From NCBI RefSeq assembly GCF_963921235.1, contig NC_086097.1, positions 120,654,001-120,718,000 on the forward strand: a stretch of DNA of 64,000 nucleotides. Direction: 5' to 3'. The notes below the pieces were generated by a model. That model worked only from the letters and a program-made list of their open reading frames with translations, searched no databases and had not been told where the DNA came from. Within the stretch, counting starts at the first letter, position 1; each line of letters starts with the position of its first letter. Shown in pieces: positions 23,105 to 34,879 of the stretch. The stretch is from Mobula hypostoma. Its lineage: Eukaryota. The position numbers and the translations under genes were made by a program.

Positions 23105-24700
23105 TGTGATTTCCCTTATTTCAGTGAGTGATCGCCTCTTCAATATTTTTTCACAGCACCTTAGTCACTTGATATCTGTTCCCGATGTCTCCTGTACAAG
23201 AACGGTAAAGGTTTGTACACTTCTGGAAATATTCAAACTAGTGATGACACTATCCACAACAGTCCGTGGACTGCATATCCTTCAGAGATCTTACCTCTCC
23301 CAACTTCATACATCCCCGTCCTATCTCCTCCCCAAGACCTGCAAGCGGTACATTCCTGGTAGACACATTGCTTTTGCCTACTCTTGCTCTACAGAACTTA
23401 AGTCTAAATTTTATAAATCTATTACTTCTTCCTTTGTCCAACCCTTTCTCGCATACAACTGCTGCTTCCACCCTGTTGACAACATCTAGATATCTTCTTC
23501 TACCATGGATGTCCAAATGCTCCATACTTCAATCCTACATTGGGGTGGCTTCCATCCCTAAACAGAGGCTCAATCAGTTCCCTTCCAGAACCATTCTCTT
23601 ACACCTGACTGAACTTATTCTTACATTGAACAATTTTTCGTTCAGTTCCATTCGATACTCCCAAGTCAAAGGTGTAACTATGGGAAAAGCCCAAGCTAGG
23701 CACATCTCTTCATTTGATTTTCTTTCAGCCCCATTCAGGCACCTACCTTCAAATTTCATTCTGTAGCATCAATGTCTAGAATGCTGGTGCATTCTACATT
23801 CATACGGAATTCATTTACATTTGCTGCCAATTTTCACTCTGTGCACATAGTCCACATCAGATTCTTTCTTTCCTTGATATCTCTATTTATATCTCGGGAG
23901 GCGGAAGGAGAAGATGGCGGCGCGATGCGGCTCACAGCGGCCACTCCGGTGGTGATATCTGTTATCTGTCAAGTAGGGTGCCGTGCACAATCCTGATTTG
24001 ATGGAGACAGACGTGAGAGCACGGAGGAACATCTGGTGAAACTTCTGAAATGCTTGCTTCGCTGCTGCTGCTACTGTGTGATCCAGAATCTCCGGAGGGG
24101 AAGGTCCCGAGTCCTCAGCTTTGCTTGTTGCTCGGCAGCCAGGGTGGGGTTGAAGCGCTCAGCAGAGGATGGTGCTCTGTGCTCGGTGTTGGAGGGCTGG
24201 TCGGAGGCTGAAAGTTTTCGGATGGACTCAGAGTCCGCTGAGGTCAGTTGCTTCTAATGGTGCTGCATTGGCAAGTTTGCGGCGCTTGGAGGTTCATGGC
24301 AGGGAGAGTTTCTCCCTTCTGCCGTCTGCGTGAGATGATGAGTCTATCAGGACTTGAGATTTTTTTTACCGTGCCCATGCTCTGCTCTTTATCAAATTAC
24401 GGTATCGCTTTGCACTGTTGTAACTATATGTTATAATTATGCGGTTTTGTCAGTTTTAGTCTTGGTTTGTCCTGTGTTTCTGTGATATCATTCTGGAGGA
24501 ACAATGTATCATTTTTTAATGCATGCATTTCTAAATGACAATAAATGAGGACTGAGTGTCCTCATAATCTAATCTAATCTCCAGGGAGAAGTTGACTGTA
24601 ATATCCATTCCAAACCTACTGATTCCCACTGCTATATCAATTATACATTTTTTTTCATTGTTTTCTGGTAAAAACCCTCAAGCCTTCCATGACTTGCATG
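23105..24700 (+). mobile_element. Old Penelope-like RT fragment, interrupted at 23896-24580
   Basis: Peptides YLLPKTCK..PGRHI, LHLTELILTLNNFSFSS..QVKGVTMG, HSKPTDSHCY, homologous to the 41076-42642 ORF. Confidence 0.75.
23896..24580 (+). mobile_element. Young non-coding LINE-dependent element (SINE-like or bipartite LINE derivative), ~685 bp
   Basis: 5' GAAGATGGCGGCG head, CpG-rich, AATAAA, perfect hairpin ATGAGGAC-TGAGT-GTCCTCAT, (AATCT)n tail; ATCTC at both junctions. Confidence 0.7.
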
Positions 24701-24764
24701 ACAATTGATGCTGAGTATCAATGGCACGGTAGCATAGTGGTTAGTATATGGCTTTACAGCATCA

Positions 24765-25670
24765 GCAACAACAAAGACAATGAGATGGTGTACAGAAAGG
24801 AAGTAGAGCTACTTTCTGAGTGGTGCGAGCACAACAACTAGAGTCTCAGTGTGCACAAGACTAAAGAGATGATTGTGGACTTAAAGAAGGTGCAAACTGA
24901 ACACTCCTCACTGCATGTACACAGCTGCTCCCTGGAGAGAGTTAGGAGCTCCAAAGTTTCTAGGAGTGTACAATCTCATCTGATCCCTCAGCAACACCTC
25001 TTTAGTCAAAAAAGCACAGCAGCATTTCCACATCCTGAACAGATTGTGGCAAGTGAGGCTCCCCCTCCCCATTCTAACCAACTATTATAGGGGCACCATT
25101 GAGAGTGTCCTGACCAGTTGTATCACCAGCTGGAGTGGGAATGACAAGGCATCTGACCGCAGGAGCTAACAAAGAATTGTGAGCACTACTGAGAGGATCA
25201 CTGGGGTCTCTCTCCAACCCATATGAGACATTTATCAGGAGTACTGTATACACCGGGCCCTTAACATTGTCCTTGATCTCTCCCATGCATCGAACAATCT
25301 CTTTGACACTCTACCTTCAGATAAATGGTACCGTAGCATAAGGACAAGGCCTTTTTGGATGAGAAACAGCTTCTTCTCCTAGGCCATAAGACTACTGAAC
25401 TCCCTTCCACCATCCATTTCTTATCATGTATGAAGCACCAGTGGCATTATACTGCTTTCTTTTTAACTCGCGTCATAAATGCACTTTAAGCTTCATATTT
25501 ATCTTCAGGAATATATTTTATTGTCTGTTAATTTACTTGTGATAACAATACTTTATACATTGTATATGAATTAAATGCACTGTGTTGTGCATCTTGGTCT
25601 GGATGAACATTGCTTCATTTGGCAGTATATATGTATGTGGTTGATTGTGGCTAAAATTGAACTTGAACTC
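24765..25670 (+). mobile_element. Rex1/Babar LINE 3' part, decayed
   Basis: YRKEVE..WCEHNN..KTKEMIVD; CACCATTGAGAGTGTCCTGACCAG; tail AAATTGAACTTGAACT. Confidence 0.8.
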
Positions 25671-26154
25671 ACGATCATCAATCAGGGTTCAATTCCCGCC
25701 ATTGTCTGTTAGGAGTTTCTACATTCTTCCTGTGTCTGCATGACGCTGATTTCCTCCCACATTCCAAAGATGTACAGTGGTATGCAAAAGTTTGGGCACC
25801 CCGGTCAAAATTTCTATTACTATGAATAGTTAAGTGAGTAGAAGATGAACTGATCTCCGAAAGTCATAAAGTTAAAGATGAAACATTCTTTTCAACATTT
25901 TAAGCAAGATTGGTGTATTATTTTTGTTTTGTACAATTTTAGAGTGAAAAAAAAGGAAAGGAGCACCATGCAAAAGTTAGGGTACCCCAAGAAATTTGAG
26001 CTCTCAACTAACTTTTACCAAGGTCTCAGACCTTAAGTAACTTGTTAGGGCTATGGCTTGTTCACAATCATCGTTAAGAAAGGCCAGGTGATGCAAATTT
26101 CAAAGCTTTATAAATACCCTAACACCTCAAACCTCGTCCCAACAATCAGCAGCC

Positions 26155-28423
26155 ATGGGCTCCTCTAAGCAGCTGCCTAGCACTCTGAAAATTAAAATAA
26201 ATGATGCCCACAAAACAGGAGAAGGCTATAGGAAGATAGCAAAGTGTTTTCAGGTAGCCGTTTCCTCAGTTCGTAATGTAATTAAGAAATGGCAGTTAAC
26301 AGGAATGGTGGAATCTGTTGGAGTTTTTCAAGGAGGTTACCAGGAAAGTGGATGAAGGGAAGGCAGTGGATATTGTCTACATGGACTTCAGTAAGGCCTT
26401 TGACAAGGTCCCGCATGGGAGGTTAGTTAGGAAAATTCAGTCGCTAGGTATACATGGAGAGGTGGTAAATTGGATCAGACATTGGCTCAATGGAAGAAGC
26501 CAAAGAGTGGTAGTAGAGGATTACTTCTCCGAATGGAGGCCTGTGACTAGTGGTGTGCCACAGGGATCAGTGCAGGGTCCATTGTTATTTATCATCTATA
26601 TCAATGATCTAGATGATAATGTGGTAAATTGGATCAGCAAATTTGCTGATGATACAAAGATTGGAGGTGTAGTAGACAGTGAGGAAGGTTTTCAGAGCCT
26701 GCAAAGGGACTTGGACCAGCTGGAAAAATGGGCTGAAATATGGCAGATGGAGTTTAATACTGACAAGTGTGAGGTATTGCACGTTGGAAGGACAAACCAA
26801 CGTAGAACATACAGGGTTAATGGTAAGGCACTGAGGAGTGCAATGGAACAGAGGGATCTGGGAATACAGATACAAAATTCCCTAAAAGTGTCGTCACAGA
26901 CAGATAGGGTCATAAAGAGAGCTTTTGGTACATTGGCCTTTATTAATCGAAGTATTGAGCATAAGAGCTAGAATGTTATGATGAGGTTGTATAAGGCATT
27001 GGTGAGGCCGAATCTGGTGTATTGTGTTCAGTTTTGGTCACCAAATTACAGGAAGGATATAAATAAGGTTGAAAGGGTGCAGAGAAGGTTTACAAGGATG
27101 TTGCCGGGACTTGAGAAACTCAGTTACAGAGAAAGGTTGAATAGGTTAGGACTTTATTCCCTGGAGCGTAGAAGAACGAGGGGAGATTTGATAGAGGTAT
27201 ATAAAATTATGATGGGTATAGATAGAATGAATGCAAGCAGGCTTTTTCCACTGAGGCAAGGGGAGAAAAAAACCAGAGGACATGGGTTAAGGGTGAGGGG
27301 AGAAAAGTTTAAAGGGAACATTAGGGGGGGCTTCTTCACACAGAGAGTAGTGGGAGTATGGAATGAGCGGCCAGACGAGGTGGTAAATGCGGGTTCTTTT
27401 TTAACATTTAAGAATAAATTGGACAGATACATGGATGGGAAGTGTATGGAGGGATATGGTCTGTGTGTAGGTCAGTGGAACTAGGCAGAAAATGGTTCGG
27501 CACAGCCAAGAAGGGCCAAAGGGCCTGTTTCTGTGCTGTAGTTTCTATGGTTTCTATGGAGGTCAAGTTGAGGTCTGGAAGACCAAGAAAACTTTCCGAG
27601 AGAACTGCTCATAGGATTGCTGGGAAGGCAAATCAAAACCCCCGTTTGACTGCAAAAGACCTTCAGGAAGATTTAGCAGACTCTGGAGTGGTGTGGAGTG
27701 TTCTACTGTGCAGCGACACCTGCACAAATATGACCTTCATGGAAGAGTTATCAGAAGAAAACCTTTCCTGCATCCTCACCACAAAATCCAGTGACAGAAA
27801 TTTGCAAAGGAACATCTAAACAAGCCTGATGCATTTTGGAAACAAGTCCTGTGGACTGATGAAGTTAAAATGGAACTTTTTGGCCACAATGACCAAAGGT
27901 ATGTTTGGAGAAAAAAGGGTGCAGAATTTCATAAAAAGAAAACCTCTCCAACTGTTAAGCACGGGAGTGGATCGATCATGCTTTGGGCTTGTGTTGCAGC
28001 CAATGGCACAGGGAACCTTTCACTGGTAGAGGGAAGAATGAATTTAATTAAATACCAGCAAATTCTGGAAGCATACGTCACACTGGCTGTAAAATCTGAA
28101 GATGAAAAGGGGATGGCTTCTACAACAGGATAATGATCTTAAACACACCTCAAAATCCACAGTGGACTACCTCATGAGGCACAAGCTGAAGGTTTTGCCC
28201 TGGCCCTCATAATTCCCCCGACCTAAACATAATCGAAAATCTGAGGACAGACCTCAAAAGAGCAGTGCATGCAAAACGGCCCAAGAATCTCACAGAACTA
28301 GAAGCCTTTTGCAAGTAAAAATGGGCGAAAATCCCCCAAACGAGAATTGAAGGACTCTTAGCTGGCTACAGAAAGCATTTACTAGCTGGGATATTTGCCA
28401 AAGGGGGTGTTACTAAGTACTGA
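26155..28423 (+). pseudogene. Tc1 DDE transposase pseudogene (CR1 insertion plus frameshifts)
   Basis: MGSSKQL..GEGYRKIAK..|..RSGRPRK; WTDEVKMELFG, PTVKHGSGSIMLW, QQDNDLKH, PDLNIIENL; TGA at 28421-28423. Confidence 0.9.
26313..27556 (+). mobile_element. CR1 LINE, 5'-truncated (RT C-terminal half), young
   Basis: [28 protein letters not shown]; one in-frame stop; tail (TTTCTATGG)n; TGGA at both junctions. Confidence 0.95.
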
Positions 28424-29424
28424 CCATGCTGGGTGCCCAAACTTTTGCTTTGGGCCCTTTTCCATTTTTGTTATTTTGAAACTGTAAAAGATGGAAATAA
28501 AAATGTAATCTTGCTTAAAATATTAAAGAAATGTGTCATCTTTAACTTTATGTCTTTTGGAAATCAGGTCATCTTTTACTCACTTAGCTATTCATAGTAA
28601 CAGAAATTTTGACCAAACTTTTGCAAGCCACTGTAGAGTTAGAGTGAGGATTAGTAAGTTGTGGGTATGCTATGCTGGCACTGGAAGCATGGCATCACTC
28701 GGCTGCCCCCAACACATTTTTTGGGCTGTGTTGGTCATGATGCAAAACTGTATGTTTCAAAGATTTGTTGTACAGTACATGTGACAAATAAAGCTAATCT
28801 TTTAAAAACATATGCGGACAGAATTTCTTTTTGAACATACAAATCCCTGTACATTTCAGGTTCATTGAATTCTCTGCACAACATGTGATTGAGTCTAATG
28901 TAAAATCTCCGCCTTGAAACATTAACTTTATCTCTCCTTTCAATGGCATTCCATGACACACTGAGTGTTTTCAGTATTTCCTGCCTCTACTTCAGAGTGC
29001 CAGCTGTGTTTTTGTTTGATTGTCTGGTTTTTAATTTTGATTGTGCTTGAGTTTAATTTTGCCCAATTTGGAAAGGAAAGTGGAGGAAAATGATGCAAAC
29101 TGAGAGTGTATAATGTAAGCTGTAAGGGAGATGGATTCGCGTCAGCACTCATTCAATAAAAACATGGATGTGTATTTTTCAAAGAATTATCTGCTGAGGG
29201 ATTCCCATGTTAACCACTTGATCAGACACTGTGAAATCCAGAACTGCAATTAATTATTTGCAGCCAATGGTGTTCCTGAAGCAATTGCTGAAGAAGAACT
29301 AACACGTGAAATTTCTGCCGAGGGTAAAGATAGCATTATATCCTTCAGCCCAAAGATGCAAGATCCTCCAGCAATATCTGGGGAATCCATAAGAACTACA
29401 GAACTGGTATCAGGGACTGAAGAT

Positions 29425-29550
29425 ACTGCTAATGTTGAGATCTGGAGCTAAGGCAAACAAAACTGCTGGAGGAACTCAACAGATCAGGTAGCATCTGTGG
29501 AGACAAAGGAATAGTCAACATTTCGGGTTGAGACCTTGCATTAGGACTGC
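29425..29550 (-). mobile_element. Penelope-like pLTR fragment with degenerate hammerhead
   Basis: Minus strand CAGTCCTAATGCAAGGTCTCAACCCGAAATGTTGACT..GATGCTACCTGATCTGTTGAGTTCCTCCAGCA. Confidence 0.7.
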
Positions 29551-29624
29551 ATCACAGCTAATATAAGTGTCATTGTGAAGATCACAAGTGGCCAGTGTTA
29601 AATTTGCAAATATTGTAAATACAA

Positions 29625-29745
29625 CCCGTGGGTTACTTCATTAGGTACGTCTGTAATAGGTATATCTCTGAACACACAACATGCAGAACCTTGAAGTGGA
29701 TGGGATACAGCAGCAGAAGACCATGAACATGCACTCAGTGTGTTT
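29625..29745 (+). mobile_element. Internally deleted Tc1 derivative fragment
   Basis: TTCATTAGGTAC..GAACCTTGAAGTGGATGGGATACAGCAGCAGAAGACCATGAACATGCACTCAGTG. Confidence 0.7.
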
Positions 29746-30564
29746 TTTTTAAAGAAGCAACATGGTACAAATATACACAATATTTGAGAATAGTAACTTG
29801 CTTTTATGCTGTTACCCATTTCAGGATCGTACCATGAGATGCTTTCTGGATTGAATCAAAGTGAAAGATTTCCGAAGCTATGAAAACTCCAAATACAACA
29901 GCACATACTTTATTTGACCCCATTTTGGCTCATGTATAGATTGGACATTCTGCAGTAGGCTTTGTTAGGAATTAAAATCCTTTATTCGTAAAATCCCTTT
30001 GATCTCACATAGCTCATAGGCTCTTGTCACTAATCTAAACATCATAAATCATCAGCGTTATTATAATACTTAGTATATCCAGATTGTATCCTAAATAAAG
30101 GCCATTGAGATGCATAATTAAGTAATCTGCATTACACTGCAAGTGACTGTATTAATTGTTTTCCTCTTCACAAGTGCGGGAAAATTGCCAAATAAGGATT
30201 TTAAGGCCCTTTGTGGTTCTTTAGTTGCTTACTATACCTGCAGGAATCCTCCCAGTCTGTGCTATTGGACTGATCACTGCAGATTGCATTGAGAAGGGAA
30301 TGAACTCTAAATATGCTGTAACACAGCATCACTGGCATTCCTTTGATACAATTACAAAAAATTAGTGCTCATGGAATTAAGAATAATGCTTTGGAGTGGA
30401 TTGAGGATTAGTTAGAGAAAATGAAGTTTTTGTAAGATAACAGTGCAAATTATTGACTTTGAATTTAGTTACAGTATGTATAAACCTATCAAAATACTGT
30501 ATAATCTAAGTTTGTGTAATGTATTGAAGTCTGTTGATGATACAAATCTAGGTAAGAAAATAGA

Positions 30565-30800
30565 CCATAAAACTATAAGGCATAGGAGCAGAATTAGGAC
30601 ATAAGAGTGCGACAGCATTTCATCATGGCTGATTTATTACCTCCTCAACACCGTTCTTCTGCCTTCTCCCTGTAATGTTTGATGCCCTTAGTACTCAAGA
30701 ACCTATCAACCTCCGCTTTAAATAAACCCAATTAACTTTGCCTCCACAGCTGTCCATGGCAATCCATTCTACATATTAACCACCCTATGTCTAAAGGTAA
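30565..30800 (-). mobile_element. CR1 3' tail
   Basis: CATAGGAGCAGAATTAGG..CATGGCTGATTTATT..AAGAACCTATCAACCTCCGCTTTAAATA. Confidence 0.7.
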
Positions 30801-31069
30801 AGTAAACAAGAAGAAGACAACCTTGGCAATTTAACTGAGTGAAGAACATGCATGACAGAATTTCAAAGCTTTTCAGTTTGCAAGGCAGAATTATAAAAGC
30901 ACAATGCTTATCAAATTGCAAAAAACACTGGGAACATTTGTCATTCAGAGATCCCGAAACCAGGGATGTGAAATAAAGGATCCTGTCCATACTCACACAA
31001 ACCTATCTTCCTGTAGCAAAATGGGCTCACCACAGGCAGCTATGTTACCTGGTTGGATAAGAAAAGATT

Positions 31070-31220
31070 GGCTTTATTTGTCACAGGTGAAGTATGTCAT
31101 TTGCATCAAATCAAATGAGCAAGGATTGTGCTGGGCAGCCACAAGTGTTGCCATGCTTCCAGAGCCAAGATAGCATGCCCACACCTCACTAACTCTAACC
31201 CATAAGTCTTTGGAATGTGT
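31070..31220 (-). mobile_element. V-SINE-like SINE, 3' part
   Basis: Reverse match to 28640-28800 and 44240-44400. Confidence 0.7.
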
Positions 31221-32554
31221 AGGGGAGGGCTGCAGTTCTGTCTTTAATCTTTCCAAGTACCCACTTTTGATCACCTCTGTAGTCCCTCACCAGGACTGCT
31301 TGTGCAGGAGTGAAACAGAACATTTTTGTTTTGAAGGGTCCTCAATTTGTCTCAGCTGTTTGTCCTGCATACTCCTTCTGAGGTTGGGTTTGAGGAGATC
31401 CAAGGGTGAGCATAAGTACCAACCCGGGAACTGCAGAAATGGTGAGTTGTTAGCTGTGGAGTTTGCTCCATTGTGATATGCAAGGAGAAAATTGGCACGC
31501 TTCCAATTCAGTGTTAGTGTAGAGTGTTCTGCTGATACTGCTGGCAGTGCATTCTTTAGACTCTGAACAAACTTTTCTACTAAGCCATTTGTAGCTGGAT
31601 GGTACAGTGCAAATGTAATATGTCTTATTCCATTCATTTTTAGGAATTATTGAAACTGTTCTGCAACAAACTGTGGTCTATTGTCACTGATTAAGTTCTC
31701 GAACATCAGCCCTTGAAAAGTAGATTCTCAAGACATCAACAATGAGTGAGCCTGTAGTGGAGGCTATTAGGAACACTTCTGGCTACTTTGTAGCTGCATC
31801 CACTACTACCAGGAAATTTGTGTCCATGAATGATCCAGCAAAATCCACATGAATCCTTGGCTAAGGCAATGCATGCCACTCTGCAAGATGGAGAGGCACT
31901 GTTCTTGGCATCTCCTGGATGTACTGACTTCCCAAACAGTGCATGGCCATCTGCTTGTTCTACTGATCTATTGCAGGCCACCAGACAAAGCTGTGAGCCA
32001 ATGCTTTCATTTTGACCACGCCTAGAAGGCCAGCATGTAGCTCCTGCAGCACTTTAGCTCTCAGTTTGGATGGTACAACAAATCTCAGTCCCCACATAAG
32101 GCAACCTCTGTCAAGGGCAAGTTCATCCCAGTGTTCTAAAAATTGGGAAACTGATATTTCTGTTGCACATTCCAGCCATTTTGGGTTGCCTTGTAGACCT
32201 GAGTCATTGTAGGGTCATGTCTGGTTTCCCTTTGGATCTTATCTGCCATACTAAGGAGACTTTCACATTGCATTAGGGAGAATACTTCAAAGGAATGTCC
32301 TCTTTTGTATATTTTTTGGATATTTTCTTTTCCAAGGTAAATTGGACAATCCATAACTATTTCCATGATTAATTCTCCTATTGAATTCGATCTTATAATT
32401 GTGTCATTCAAGAGAGAGAGCCCATCTCTGCATTTATGCTGCTGCTTCTGTGGTTTGAAAATGGTCAGTAGTGGTTGATGATTAGTAATGATGGTAAACT
32501 CTCTCTCATACAGGTACTGGTCGAAATGTTTTAAACCCTAAACCAGACTCAAGG

Positions 32555-34356
32555 AGTAATGAACACTTTGGGCGTATGGAAGGTGCCAGAGAGCCTTGGG
32601 ATCCAAGTTTTATTAGAGCACCCAAACTAGTTAATTGTCATTTAACAACAACTGTTAATTGTTTAGAGTTCCTTGTGTTTTTCTTGAGTGACTCGCGCTT
32701 TGTAATGCGGTCTCCTGATGCCTTCTGTTGAAGCTTGTTAAGCTTATTTTGATAGGCTTAGAAATTCTGGGTTACTTGTATTATTTAAGTGGATGCCTGA
32801 TTAGTACAAATCGCAGGGTCCTAGTTTTGAGAATGTTACTTCTCGTGGTGTTGCTCGGCTGAGCCACCAAACTCTTTTTGGAATCATTATGAATAAACTT
32901 TCATCACCTCGCTACATCAGAGTCTGTCTTTCCTCTGCACTTGAGGTCCAATATTGCCAGTGCACATCATAACAGAAGAACCCAGTGAAGGTTGAACAGT
33001 GATGTTTTGACATCAGTGGCTGGATGTGAGGGTACCTTCTATTCTCAATGCATGTCCCAAGTCTACGTTCTCAGTATACATTCTGAGCTTCTCCAGTCTA
33101 CATTCACAGTTTCTCCGGTCCCTGTTTCTGAGCTTTTCAAGTCTCAAGTACCCAGATCCCAGTTTCAGGGACCCATGACTCAGGTTCACACAACAAATGA
33201 AAGCTTCAAGCAAGCTTATTGATTAAAGTTTATTTGATTCAACAAATCAGCATCCAAGTCAATAGTGTACATTTTGGAAAAGTCCTGCTCCAAAAGCTGA
33301 ACCCTTGCTAGAGTGTGCAAACTCACAGGTAAAGTAACCCAATCAAAAGTAAGTTACCTTGCGTTGAACCTCTTGATGAGAGTCATGGTACAGACTGTGA
33401 AAATTGAACTTTTATTTAATAAATGAAACAAATCAACAGAGAGCCATCTAGACATGCCTGTCTATGCTGTCACAATCTGTAAGATTGAGTGTACAGTCTT
33501 TTGTATCCTGATTGCCTCTGGAAAAATAGTGAAGGGTAAAACACTGTGAGCAAGATCCTCCCAGCATCCTTCCCTAGGTTTTAGGTTTCATGTTTTGAAG
33601 GACTCGTTTCCAGGCCTCAAGGCTTTTTTCAGATCTCAAGGCTTTTTCCAGTTGTAAACAACCTGATCTAAACATCCTAGTCTCAGTATCCTGACTTAAG
33701 CGTTCAAGTTTCTCAAGCTACTCAATGTTTCCAAGGACTTTTCAATGTTTCCAAGGATTTTTCAGTGTTCTCCTTGTCTTGAGGACTCCCAAGCCTCCCT
33801 CTTGAGGTTCCCTGGTCTCGCTGGAGGTTCCCCTTGAGGTTCTCAGGTCTCTTAGTCTCTCTGCTTTTTAGGGTTCCCCAGGTCCCCCTTTCAAGTTCAC
33901 CAGGTCTTTTAAGTTGCCCATGGATCTCTAGTTTTCAAGTCCCCCTGGGACAGCAGGTGCTGGCCATAGGGAGTGAGATCCTGTAACATTGAGCTGTAAG
34001 GTTTTTAGAGCACCTTAATTGGTTAATTTTTGTTTAATAACAGTTGTTAATTGTTTGGAGTTTCTTGTGTTTTTCTTTGTTCTTTGTAATGCAGTCTTCT
34101 GGTTCTTTCTGTTTAAGCATGTTAAGCTGATTTTGATAGGCTCGGGGATTTTATGTTACTTATATTATTTAAGTGGGTGCCCAATTATTGCTAATTGTGG
34201 GGTCCTAGATTTGAGAATGTTGCGAGTCACTTTTGGAATTACGAATAAACTTCTCAGTCGAACTTCTCTGAGACGAATATACGGTCACTGTCTCTATTTC
34301 AGAGTCTGTCTTTCCTCTACACTTGGGTTCTGATATTGCCAGCACACTTTGTGACA
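32555..34356 (+). mobile_element. Non-coding two-LTR element (LTRs 32555-32974 and 33982-34356)
   Basis: Direct repeats of ~420 and ~375 bp ending in ACA; purine tract AGGGAGTGAGA before the second LTR; flanked by CAAGG/CAGGG; the host RNase H sequence resumes across it. Confidence 0.8.
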
Positions 34357-34879
34357 CAGGGGCTCTCTGCCAATTCGTGTGCATGGTTTTTCTTAAGCAG
34401 TGGTAAGGAAACATAATGCGAAGGCTATGCGACATCCATTTCCATCACTCATAGCATGTGACATGACTGTAACTGTAAGCTAAGACGAGGCATCACAGGC
34501 AAGCGTTACTGCATGATGTGGATCATAATATGTGAGTAGAGTCCAACATCACCATTTCCTTTGTATTTTTGAAAGCTGTCTCACACTACTTTGTCTATTG
34601 CCATTTCTTTCTGATCTGCAGTAATGAATTCAAGGGGTGGGGAACAGTAGTCAGGTTTGGCAAGAACTCAAAAAAGACCATGCATGTGACACATCCTTTG
34701 GACGGGGGCATCCACTTCTGCTTGAATTTTCTCAGCACACTTGTGTGTCAATGGTGTGACGACAGTAAGTGATGCTTGGTTTAAAGAATCCACACTTGCT
34801 GTGTCATGCTCTCAACCCACAATCTTCTAATCTTTTTAAAACTGTATTGAGATTTTTCATTTGATCTTTGTAAGGATGA

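Larger units (their letters stand above)
25775..28633 (+). mobile_element. Full-length Tc1 DNA transposon (IR/DR type) with TA TSD
   Basis: TA|CAGTGGTATGCAAAAGTTT ... AAACTTTTGCAAGCCACTG|TA; ~200-bp TIRs with inner direct repeats at ~25969 and ~28431. Confidence 0.95.
24721..28806 (+). mobile_element. tRNA-derived V-SINE-like SINE split into three pieces (24721-~24765, ~25670-25774, 28634-28806)
   Basis: A-box-like TGGCACGGTAGCATAGTGG, B-box-like GGTTCAATTCC, core TTTCCTCCCACATTCCAAAGA, tail ACATGTGACAAATAAAGCTAATCT; the joined pieces match the intact copy at 44100-44410. Confidence 0.8.

Noticed and set aside
24721..24760. tRNA gene
   Set aside because: Only an A-box-like head of a SINE; no cloverleaf, and the B box is displaced by an insertion.
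30240..30560. Possible exon after CCTGCAG
   Set aside because: The downstream sequence resembles a very old CR1 RT fragment (AHGI..LEWIED).
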